Position numbers and translations under genes: made by a program. This document shows positions 53,031-62,960 of a stretch of DNA of 64,000 nt, one piece after another. The stretch spans positions 1 to 64,000 of the forward strand of contig JAUPSS010000015.1 of NCBI GenBank assembly GCA_040285825.1, given 5' to 3'. Source of the stretch: Eukaryota sp. TZLM1-RC (taxonomy: Eukaryota; Protista; Metamonada: BaSk clade). Position 1 is the stretch's first letter. Each line of letters opens with the position of its first letter. The notes beneath the pieces were generated by a model. It was not told where the DNA came from, made no database searches, and saw nothing but the letters and a program-made list of their open reading frames with translations.

Positions 53031-54961
53031 TTAATGAAAAATTTTTAATTTATTATTAAACTACAGTCTAAAAAGTCAATATCTTCAAAACAAGCTTCCA
53101 CACCATCAAACCTCACAACAGCAATTTCTTCGTAATGTGCACTGACAGACATCAAAGCTTTCGAAATCATTTTAGGAATTGATTTGAAAATAGTAAAAAA
53201 ACAATACGGATTTAGCCACAAGTGATGATCAAAACGCTTATTCATTCTTCTTTTCACAAGATTTTCAAAATCATCAATAAAATTCATAGCAGTTTTTCCA
53301 AGACGACTATACAACGATATAGCAAATGGGCAAATTTGGTAATCTACATGGCGAACATGTTTCAATTCTTTTAAAGGATTTGCATACTTTTTCCGTTTGT
53401 ACAATTCGGAGTCATCAAGGGGGGATACTTCAGATTGAGCATTTTTCAAGGCATTTTTCTTGCAAACATCCACTGTTACGACATCAACAACATTCATGAC
53501 ATCATCAAACGAGGGCACAACAACATCAGCACGTCGTTTTCCATATTCTGAATCTCTTACGCTTTCATTTATAACAAGAGACCTCAACAAAGGTTCTACA
53601 AAAGATTCAATATGATAGGAATTACACATTGCATGGATTTGATCTCTGACTGCATCATGCAACGTAGAACGATAGGAAATAAATCTATTACAATTAAATA
53701 AATGTGATAATGTCAAACCAGCTCCACATTTGCAAAACAAATCATTGGGCAAATTACAAGGCCATAAATAACAACGCATTCTCATAGCAGTGGTCCATTG
53801 GTCGTCATTCAAAAATAGGCCAAAAATCTGGGGAATTTGATTTATCAAAACTGCAGATGAACTGTCCTTCAAATCAATCAAAAAATTTGCAAAAGCAGGA
53901 TTTTCTTTCTTAGCCGTGCTATGTCGAACAATAAAATCCTTGCTTTCAAATTTTCTCAAAAGATGTCGTTGGAGCTTTTTCAACGCAAATTTTAATGAAT
54001 ATAAACTTCTGTCTGGAATTTCTTGAATGGATATGGGGAAACATGATTGCCATAAGTCGGGAGATAAACTGGATATTTCTTCTCTTAAGTTATGGAGGAA
54101 TAAGCTATTTGTAGTTTCAAGAAGATTTTCGGCAAAAGAATATCTTCTAGAGAATTCAAATACAAAATATTTTCCACCACCAATAAATGCAGCTTTGGTC
54201 AAATATTTTGATGAATTGAATCCAACACCGCCAAGTTGAACATCAGAAAAATATGATTTTTCAAAAATTGATGGATCAACAGACATTAAATAAGCCAAAA
54301 ATTGGGTACGTATTTTGTTAAATTGTCTACAAAAATTGTAAGTTAGGGATGGAGGTAATGATCGCAGTAAATGAGTAATTTTTCCAGCATAACAAATTTT
54401 CAAAAGAAAAAACTTAAGATGTTTTTCCAATTCAAGAGTCTTTATGACTTCTAGCTCCTTTTTAATTGAATTTAAATAATTTTCAAGGCTGTCAAGTGTC
54501 TTTTCATGGAACCTAAATAGCAACCCAGAAAGCAGAAACTAGTTGAAGTATAATCAATATATGGAACTTCGAGGGAATTAATTATTAACTTAACATTTTT
54601 CCTAGAATTACAAAAACATTTTTGAACATTCAAATCAAGACCTATGGATTGGTATAATGTAGCAGCTTCATTAGCAACCCTATTAATTGTACTTTCTGGA
54701 CCAATACAAGAAATGTCATCCATGTAAGCTACCACTTGAAGGTCAGAATTTTCTTCTTTTAATTTTTTCAAAATTGGGTGAATTGCACGACAAAAAAAGA
54801 AAGGACCTAAAGGGTCTCCTTGTTTAACTCCTGATAAAGAATCCAGATTAAAAGAATTAAAAATTAAATCAGATGAATTACCATAAAACCTATAAAAAAA
54901 GGTTTCGAGTTCAGGAAAATTTGATTTGATTTCTTTCCAAATTGAATCTCTTTTCACTGAA
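53031..54961 (-). mobile_element. Family B, RT to 3' end
   Basis: ORFs 54472-54957 (GVKQGDPLGP, YMDD) and 53045-54523. Confidence 0.9.
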
Positions 54962-57097
54962 TTTTTTTTTGAAAAATTTTAATTTATTATTAAACTACAG
55001 TCTAAAAGTCAATATCTTCAAAACAAGCTTCCACACCATCAAACCTCACAACAGCAATTTCTTCGTAATGTGCACTGACAGACATCAAAGCTTTCGAAAT
55101 CATTTTAGGAATTGATTTGAAAATAGTAAAAACAATACGATTTAGCCACAAGTGATGATCAAAACGCTTATTCATTCTTCTTTTCACAAGATTTTCAAAA
55201 TCATCAATAAAATTCATAGCAGTTTTTCCAAGACGACTATACAACGATATAGCAAATGGGCAAATTTGGTAATCTACATGGCGAACATGTTTCAATTCTT
55301 TTAAAGGATTTGCATACTTTTTCCGTTTGTACAATTCGGAGTCATCAAGGGGGGATACTTCAGATTGAGCATTTTTCAAGGCATTTTTCTTGCAAACATC
55401 CACTGTTACGACATCAACAACATTCATGACATCATCAAACGAGGGCACAACAACATCAGCACGTCGTTTTCCATATTCTGAATCTCTTACGCTTTCATTT
55501 ATATCAAGAGACCTCAACAAAGGTTCTACAAAAGATTCAATATGATAGGAATTACACATTGCATGGATTTGATCTCTGACTGCATCATGCAACGTAGAAC
55601 GATAGGAAATAAATCTATTACAATTAAATAAATGTGATAATGTCAAACCAGCTCCACATTTGCAAAACAAATCATTGGGCAAATTACAAGGCCATAAATA
55701 ACAACGCATTCTCATAGCAGTGGTCCATTGGTCGTCATTCAAAAATAGGCCAAAAATCTGGGGAATTTGATTTATCAAAACTGCAGATGAACTGTCCTTC
55801 AAATCAATCAAAAAATTTGCAAAAGCAGGATTTTCTTTCTTAGCCGTGCTAAGTCGAACAATAAAATCCTTGCTTTCAAATTTTCTCAAAAGATGTCGTT
55901 GGAGCTTTTTCAACGCAAATTTTAATGAATATAAACTTCTGTCTGGAATTTCTTGAATGGATATGGGGAAACATGATTGCCATAAGTCGGGAGATAAACT
56001 GGATATTTCTTCTCTTAAGTTATGGAGGAATAAGCTATTTGTAGTTTCAAGAAGATTTTCGGCAAAAGAATATCTTCTAGAGAATTCAAATACAAAATAT
56101 TTTCCACCACCAATAAATGCAGCTTTGGTCAAATATTTTGATGAATTGAATCCAACACCGCCAAGTTGAACATCAGAAAAAATATGATTTTTCAAAATTG
56201 ATGGATCAACAGACATTAAATAAGCCAAAAATTGGGTACGTTTTTTGTAAAATTGTCTACAAAAATTGTAAGTTAGGGATGGAGGTAATGATCGCAGTAA
56301 ATGAGTAATTTTTCCAGCATAACAAATTTTCAAAAGAAAAAATTTAAGATGTTTTTCCAATTCAAGAGTCTTTATGACTTCTAGCTCTTTTTTAATTGAA
56401 TTTAAATAATTTTCAAGGCTGTCAAGTGTCTTTTCGGCGGAACCTAAATACCAACCCAGAAAGCAGAAACTAGTTGAAGTATAATCAATATATGGAACTT
56501 CGAGGGAATTAATTATTAACTTAACATTTTTTCTAGAAATACAAAAACATTTTTGAACATTCAAATCAAGACCTATGGATTGGTATAATGTAGCCGCTTC
56601 ATTAGCAACCCTATGAATTGTACTTTCTGGACCAATACAAGAAATGTCATCCATGTAAGCTACCACTTGAAGGTCAGAATTTTCTTCTTTTAATTTTTTC
56701 AAAATTGGGTGAATTGCAAGACAAAAAAAGAAAGGACCTAAAGGGTCTCCTTGTTTAACTCCTGATAAATAATCCAGATTAAAAGAATTAAAAATTAAAT
56801 CAGATGAATTACCATAAAACCTATAAAAAAGGTTTCGAGTTCAGGAAAATTTGATTTGATTTCTTTCCAAATTGAATCTCTTTTCACTGAATTGAAAGCA
56901 TTTTTGAAATCAAGATTAAAAATGCAACTATTTTCGTGACAATTGAAAAACAGATCAGATGTCAAAGCTGCAACTGAAGCTCCATCTATGGTTTTGATTC
57001 CATATTGGAATGGAGAAAAGTATTCTTTAGCTTTTGTTGAAACTCGATTAAAAATTACTGAAGACATCAGGCGATAAATGGCTTCACCAATGGCAAT
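54962..57097 (-). mobile_element. Family B, RT to 3' end, head-to-tail with the previous copy
   Basis: Starts at IAIGEA; poly(A) is followed by ttcagtgaaaagag, the same junction as at 48256. Confidence 0.9.
55002..56702 (-). CDS. Family B polyprotein C-terminal 566 aa (RT YMDD, thumb, CCHC, RLE endonuclease), partial
   Basis: Longest open frame: AYMDD, LGGVGF, CKCGAGLTLSHLFNC, HDAVRD, RRAD..DVVTVD..KRKKY. Confidence 0.88.
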   Translation of the reverse strand: MKKLKEENSDLQVVAYMDDISCIGPESTIHRVANEAATLYQSIGLDLNVQKCFCISRKNVKLIINSLEVPYIDYTSTSFCFLGWYLGSAEKTLDSLENYLNSIKKELEVIKTLELEKHLKFFLLKICYAGKITHLLRSLPPSLTYNFCRQFYKKRTQFLAYLMSVDPSILKNHIFSDVQLGGVGFNSSKYLTKAAFIGGGKYFVFEFSRRYSFAENLLETTNSLFLHNLREEISSLSPDLWQSCFPISIQEIPDRSLYSLKFALKKLQRHLLRKFESKDFIVRLSTAKKENPAFANFLIDLKDSSSAVLINQIPQIFGLFLNDDQWTTAMRMRCYLWPCNLPNDLFCKCGAGLTLSHLFNCNRFISYRSTLHDAVRDQIHAMCNSYHIESFVEPLLRSLDINESVRDSEYGKRRADVVVPSFDDVMNVVDVVTVDVCKKNALKNAQSEVSPLDDSELYKRKKYANPLKELKHVRHVDYQICPFAISLYSRLGKTAMNFIDDFENLVKRRMNKRFDHHLWLNRIVFTIFKSIPKMISKALMSVSAHYEEIAVVRFDGVEACFEDIDF

Positions 57098-57120
57098 AAA
57101 ATTTGCTAAATAAAATTTAT

Positions 57121-57521
57121 CCAAATTTGCTGAAGAAAATAAGTGACTTTTCAACATTCCTGGTTCTACATCCAATAAATCAGCAAAAAATTCTGTTCTT
57201 AATGAATTGAATGAACGACAAAAATCTAATGCTGTGGAAGGAGCACAAGATCTCAAAATGTGGGTTATTCTCCCAGTGTAGCAAATTTTAAGCATGAAAA
57301 ATTTAATATGCTTTTCTATATCTAAAGAAGAAATTGAATCAAGTTCAATTTTCATTTTTTCCAAAATAACTTGCAATTCATTCTGAATTTGAGGCACGTT
57401 TCCTAACCAACAACCAAGGAACTTAAAAGCATCACTACTATAATTAGTAAAAGGGACAATAGAATCGTTTATCACGAGATCTTGAGCAGAAGATCCAATC
57501 AGAAGGCATTTGCTGGCATTT
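57121..57521 (-). mobile_element. Family A internal fragment
   Basis: ASKCLLIG to FSSANL; shares the APST variant with the adjacent plus-strand copy. Confidence 0.82.
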
Positions 57522-57522
57522 T

Positions 57523-58565
57523 GGAATTTCTTTTGATCTCTTAAAAATAGCGTGTTCCAGTGTTCCCGAAATTGCTGATGATCTAGCCCATTATTTTCAA
57601 CAATTAATTGTTTTGAAAATTAATCCTCCATTTGAATTACTCGCAGCACGTCTGATTGCTTTAGTAAAGCCTGGAAACGGAATCAAACCTGATGGAATAC
57701 GCCCAATTGCTGTTGGTGAATCTCTTTCTCGTTTGCTGGCATCAATTGTCTTCGATCGTGTCAAAGACAAAGCTTCTACATTTTTGAATCCTCATCAATT
57801 TGGAATCAAAACAATTGATGGTGCTTCTGTTGCTGCTATTGCCTCTGATACCTTTTTTAATGCAGAGGAAAATAATTTTATTTTTAATCTCGACTTTAAA
57901 AATGCTTTTAATTCTGTAAAGCGAGAAGCAATTTTTGAAATTATTAAATCTGATTTTCCTGAGCTATCGAGTTTTTTCTACCATCTTTATGGGAAAGAAT
58001 CAGATTTAATTTTTAATTCATTTGGTCTTAAATCATCTTCTGGTGTGAAGCAAGGTGATCCTTTAGGTCCATTATTGTTTTGTTTAGCTATTCACAAAAC
58101 TTTAAATATCATTAAGCAAAAATACCCTTCTATAAAAATAGTTGCTTATATGGATGATTTATCCTTGATTGGTTCATTTGATTTACTAGAATTAGTTGCT
58201 CAAGAAATTGCCGATTCATATGAAAAAATTGGCCTTTATCTTAATGCCAGCAAATGCCTTCTGATTGGCTCTTCTGCTCAAGACCTCGTGATAAACGATT
58301 CTATTGTCCCTTTTACTAATTATAGTAGTGATGCTTTTAAGTTCCTTGGTTGTTGGTTAGGAAACGTGCCTCAAATTCAGAATGAATTGCAAGGTATTTT
58401 GGAAAAAATGAAAATTGAACTTGATTCAATTTCTTCCTTAGATATAGAAAAGCATATTAAATTTTTCATGCTTAAAATTTGCTACACTGGGAGAATAACC
58501 CACATTTTGAGATCTTGTGCTCCTTCCACAGCATTAGATTTTTGTCGTTCATTTAATTCATTGAG
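57523..58565 (+). mobile_element. Family A RT region, cut by the LTR array
   Basis: Open frame from 57613: RPIAVGE, LDFKNAFNS, GVKQGDPLGPLLF, AYMDD, FLG. Confidence 0.9.
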
Positions 58566-58706
58566 TGTTGTTGTTGAACTCAAATTGAATTAGTAGGTTT
58601 CTTTGTATTTCGACTGATGACGTGATACTCATTTATGAATCAGTTTTATTAATAAACTACAGATTTTTTCTCTCTCCTTCGTGTGTTCATCTGCCTAACG
58701 GCATCA
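58566..58706 (+). repeat. LTR 1 (TG..CA, ~140 bp)
   Basis: tgttgttgtt..aacggcatca imperfect terminal inverted repeat; internal AATAAA; 3' end set by where copy 4 diverges. Confidence 0.82.
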
Positions 58707-58732
58707 ATAATTATTGGCCCTTCTTATTTCAG
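58681..58732 (+). other. Putative 52 nt spliceosomal intron spanning the LTR 3' end and candidate PBS (unit 1)
   Basis: GTGTGT..CTAAC..pyrimidines..TTTCAG directly before the gag ATG; precisely absent in unit 3. Confidence 0.78.
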
Positions 58733-59487
58733 ATGACTGTTCCTTCTGTCAACCTCCGTCTCTTTCTTCCATGAAAGTTGAAAGTGTTCTCTTGTTCCTA
58801 CAAGAGTGGAAGATCTATTCTTCTGTGACTTCTAAGAAAGAGCTTGTTCCAGCAAGACTCTTGGTCGATTCTTTTCTGTTAGAGTCCCTATCTCTCCAGA
58901 AATCCGACGTCTCTTCCAGTGACGATGTTCTTCTTAGACATCTTCAATCTGTCGTATCGTTCGCCACGTACGAAGATTTTAGTCTGGCTATGTCAAAACT
59001 GAAGCTTGATGTCCGTATTGGTGACGTCCGAGAACGTATGTCCTGTTACCTGCGACGTTTTCTCCAGGTAAAGAGTAGGGCTTCCGGACTGAAGTTACCA
59101 GACACAGCTTTTCTGAATCGATTTGCCAGAGGAATTCTTCCCGTAGGTCTTCAACGTTCTCTACTAGCGAGCATTCGAGATGATGTATTCCCAGATCTTC
59201 ACTCTCTTGTCGAAACCACTACTGATGAGCTGTTGGACTGCTCTAGGGTTGCTTCATGGACTCGTGGTTTCAAAACCTCAGTGAATGATGTGGAACGTAC
59301 GGCTGGCACTAAAACGAGGTCCTCTTGGCGCTCTCAGGATTTAAAAAATCAATCGTGCTTCAAGTGCCACAAGCCTGGACACATCTCCCGCGATTGTCCA
59401 TCTAAAATCAAACATGAGGTAAATTATTTGTGTCACACAAACGATGCACCAAAGAGTTTAACAAACCCCATATCTTCCCTCTATTGA
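58733..59487 (+). CDS. gag: Gag-like protein with CCHC zinc knuckle, copy 1 (1 nt homopolymer frameshift near 58757)
   Basis: CFKCHKPGHISRDC; near-identical to intact copy 3. Confidence 0.75.
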
Positions 59488-59507
59488 GCCAGTACTGTAT
59501 TTGTCCT

Positions 59508-59528
59508 CAGAAAAGTGGGAAAAAGTAG
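59508..59528 (+). promoter_or_regulatory. Polypurine tract before LTR 2 (also before LTRs 3 and 4)
   Basis: agaaaagtgggaaaaagtag abuts the TG start of the LTR. Confidence 0.8.
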
Positions 59529-59668
59529 TGTTGTTGTTGAACTCAAATTGAATTAGTAGGTTTCTTTGTATTTCGACTGATGACGTGATACTCATTTATG
59601 AATCAGTTTTATTAATAAACAACAGATTTCTCTCTCTCCTTCGTGTGTTCATCTGCCTAACGGCATCA
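59529..59668 (+). repeat. LTR 2
   Basis: Direct repeat of LTR 1. Confidence 0.82.
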
Positions 59669-59694
59669 ATAATTATTGGCCCTTCTTATTTCAG
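59643..59694 (+). other. Putative 52 nt intron (unit 2)
   Basis: Same sequence as 58681-58732. Confidence 0.78.
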
Positions 59695-60451
59695 ATGACT
59701 GTTCCTTCTGTCAACCTCCCGTCTCTTTCTTCCATGAAAGTTGAAAGTGTTCTCTTGTTCCTACAAGAGTGGAAGATCTATTCTTCTGTGACTTCTAAGA
59801 AAGAGCTTGTTCCAGCAAGACTCTTGGTCGATTCTTTTCTGTTAGAGTTCCTATCTCTCCAGAAATCCGACGTCTCTTCCAGTGACGATGTTCTTCTTAG
59901 ACATCTTCAATCTGTCGTATCGTTCGCCACGTACGAAGATTTTAGTCTGGCTATGTCAGAACTGAAGCTTGATGTCCGTATTGGTGACGTCCGAGAACGT
60001 ATGTCCTGTTACCTGCGACGTTTCCTCCAGGTAAAGAGTAGGGCTTCCGGACTGAAGTTACCAGACACAGCTTTTCTGAATCGATTTGCCAGAGGAATTC
60101 TTCCCGTAGGTCTTCAACGTTCTCTACTAGCGAGCATTCGAAATGATGTATTCCCAGATCTTCACTCTCTTGTCGAAACCACTACTGATGAGCTGTTGGA
60201 CTGCTCTAGGGTTGCTTCATGGACTCGTGGTTTCAAAACCTCAGTGAATGATGTGGAACGTACGGCTGGCACTAAAACGAGGTCCTCTTGGCGCTCTCAG
60301 GATTTAAAAAATCAATCGTGCTTCAAGTGCCACAAGCCTGGACACATCTCCCGCGATTGTCCATCTAAAAATCAAACATGAGGTAAATTATTTGTGTCAC
60401 ACAAACGATGCACCAAAGAGTTTAACAAACCCCATATCTTCCCTCTATTGA
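59695..60451 (+). CDS. gag: Gag-like protein, copy 2 (extra A near 60370 gives an early stop at 60381, probably a read error)
   Basis: Near-identical to copy 3. Confidence 0.75.
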
Positions 60452-60492
60452 GCCAGTACTGTATTTGTCCTCAGAAAAGTGGGAAAAAGTAG

Positions 60493-60606
60493 TGTTGTTG
60501 TTGAACTCAAATTGAATTAGTAGGTTTCTTTGTATTTCGACTGATGACGTGATACTCATTTATGAATCAGTTTTATTAATAAACAACAGATTTCTCTCTC
60601 TCCTTC
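60493..60606 (+). repeat. LTR 3, lacking its last 26 bp (spliced form), fused directly to the gag ATG
   Basis: ..tctctccttc|ATGACTG. Confidence 0.82.
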
Positions 60607-61362
60607 ATGACTGTTCCTTCTGTCAACCTCCCGTCTCTTTCTTCCATGAAAGTTGAAAGTGTTCTCTTGTTCCTACAAGAGTGGAAGATCTATTCTTCTG
60701 TGACTTCTAAAAAAGAGCTTGTTCCAGCAAGACTCTTGGTCGATTCTTTTCTGTTAGAGTCCCTATCTCTCCAGAAATCCGACGTCTCTTCCAGTGACGA
60801 TGTTCTTCTTAGACATCTTCAATCTGTCGTATCGTTCGCCACGTACGAAGATTTTAGTCTGGCTATGTCAGAACTGAAGCTTGATGTCCGTATTGGTGAC
60901 GTCCGAGAACGTATGTCCTGTTACCTGCGACGTTTCCTCCAGGTAAAGAGTAGGGCTTCCGGACTGAAGTTACCAGACACAGCTTTTCTGAATCGATTTG
61001 CCAGAGGAATTCTTCCCGTAGGTCTTCAACGTTCTCTACTAGCGAGCATTCGAGATGATGTATTCCCAGATCTTCACTCTCTTGTCGAAACCACTACTGA
61101 TGAGCTGTTGGACTGCTCTAGGGTTGCTTCATGGACTCGTGTTTTCAAAACCTCAGTGAATGATGTGGAACGTACGGCTGGCACTAAAACGAGGTTTTCT
61201 TGGCGCTCTCAGGATTTAAAAAATCAATCGTGCTTCAAGTGCCACAAGCCTGGACACATCTCCCGCGATTGTCCATCTAAAATCAAACATGAGGTAAATT
61301 ATTTGTGTCACACAAACGATGCACCAAAGAGTTTAACAAACCCCATATCTTCCCTCTATTGA
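60607..61362 (+). CDS. gag: Gag-like protein, copy 3, intact 251 aa
   Basis: C-x2-C-x4-H-x4-C knuckle near the C-terminus; lies between LTR and PPT. Confidence 0.82.
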   Translation: MTVPSVNLPSLSSMKVESVLLFLQEWKIYSSVTSKKELVPARLLVDSFLLESLSLQKSDVSSSDDVLLRHLQSVVSFATYEDFSLAMSELKLDVRIGDVRERMSCYLRRFLQVKSRASGLKLPDTAFLNRFARGILPVGLQRSLLASIRDDVFPDLHSLVETTTDELLDCSRVASWTRVFKTSVNDVERTAGTKTRFSWRSQDLKNQSCFKCHKPGHISRDCPSKIKHEVNYLCHTNDAPKSLTNPISSLY

Positions 61363-61403
61363 GCCAGTACTGTATTTGTCCTCAGAAAAGTGGGAAAAAG
61401 TAG

Positions 61404-61543
61404 TGTTGTTGTTGAACTCAAATTGAATTAGTAGGTTTCTTTGTATTTCGACTGATGACGTGATACTCATTTATGAATCAGTTTTATTAATAAACAACAG
61501 ATTTCTCTCTCTCCTTCGTGTGTTCATCTGCCTAACGGCATCA
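61404..61543 (+). repeat. LTR 4
   Basis: Direct repeat ending ggcatca, followed by family G sequence. Confidence 0.82.
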
Positions 61544-61974
61544 CCAGTTTTTGACAATAGTAGAGAAATCATCTAGAAATAATAAAGCGGTTTTACCCAA
61601 GGTTCCAAATAAAGAAAAAGCAAAAGGACAAAGAAGGTATTGAGTATGTGAGTTGGAATTCAGATTATTGATTTTTTCTGTGTACTTGATAATTTTCGCT
61701 TCTTCAGCTCTACGTAAAGGTGAATTATAAGATTGTGCCAGTTTTTCATTTGAGCTGTTTGATACATCAGTAGATCTGATATCAATATGATCATTGATCC
61801 ATCAAGTCGGGGAACTAGCACATCACCACGGCTGTCACCAGAAGAATTTTTGTCAGATTCATCAGCCAGATTTGAAAGCAAAGGTTCTAAAAAAGATTCA
61901 ATCCGGTAGGACTTAAACATACAATAGAGCTGATCACGAACTGCATCATGCACTTTTGATCTAAAAGTAATAAA
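61544..61974 (-). mobile_element. Family G endonuclease fragment (one copy in window)
   Basis: HDAVRDQLYCMFKSYRIESFLEP..SRGDVLVPRLDG..KIIKY; A/D-like but distinct. Confidence 0.8.
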
Positions 61975-62960
61975 TTTTGTTTATTAATTTTCATTTTATT
62001 CAAAACCTACAAATCAACATCTAAAAAATCCATCTCTCCCAAAACAAAAACACTAGATGCAACTCTCTCATAGTGAGATCCAAGAGAAAGCAAAGGATCT
62101 GAAACCATCTTCAACATCCCCTTAAAAATAGAAAACACAATTCTATTTTGCCAAAACAATCTGTTGAAATTTCTGCTAGTTCTTCTCTGTACAATCATTT
62201 CACAATCATCCAAAAAACGTAAAGCAGTTGGTGCAAGTGAACCAAAATGGGAAAATACAAATGGATACAAATTGTATTTTGCATGCTGTAGACTGGCCAA
62301 TTTGGACAAAGGTTCATTGTATTTTTTGAATTTGAAATTTTCAGCATTTGAAAGAGGATTATGAATTTCAGAATTAACAAGCCTTTCATTTGAGGCATTA
62401 CAAGGATCAACAGACATTACATCCAATAAAATGAAGCTTCCATCTAATCCAGGTAATATGACATCACCTCTATTATTCTTATGAAAATCATCTTCAGCAT
62501 TAAACAGATTTGACAACAGAGGTTCCAAGAAGGATTCAATTCTATGAGATTTACACATACAATATAACTGGTCTCTTACAGCATCATGAACCTTGCTTCT
62601 AAAAGTAATAAAATGTTTACAATTTAACAAATGAGTAGTTGTCATTTCTCGAGAACATTTACAAATTAAATTATGAGGTAAATTATCAGGCCAGATAAAG
62701 GAACGAAATCTCATATTCAGAGTCCAAGCAGAATCGGATAAGAGAGTACCATAAACTTGCGGAATTGTTGTTACTAAGGCAGAAGAAGTACTGTCACACA
62801 TATCTTGTAAAAGATTTGCAAAAGCGGGATTCTTTTTCTTGGCCAAGCCAAGTCTAACATCAAAATCCAAGCTTTCAAAAATCTTTGACAATTTTTGTTG
62901 AAGCTTTTTACAGCAAAACTGTAAATTAAATAGAGATCGATTTGGAATTTCTTGAATTGA
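61975..62960 (-). mobile_element. Family A variant, 3' ~1 kb
   Basis: Open ORF 62007-62891 ending LDVDL with several private substitutions. Confidence 0.9.

Larger units (their letters stand above)
58566..61543 (+). mobile_element. Tandem of three gag-only miniature LTR retroelements sharing four LTRs
   Basis: LTR-gag-PPT units of 963, 964 and 911 bp; no protease, RT or integrase; visibly more GC-rich than the flanks. Confidence 0.88.

Noticed and set aside
48256-54970. Independent B insertions at aattcagtgaa (48256 and 54961) as evidence of site specificity
   Set aside because: The junction is the same, so it is more simply one event propagated by recombination
58613-58625. tgacgtga bZIP-like site in the LTR
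   Set aside because: A single short motif with an unknown host is not enough to call
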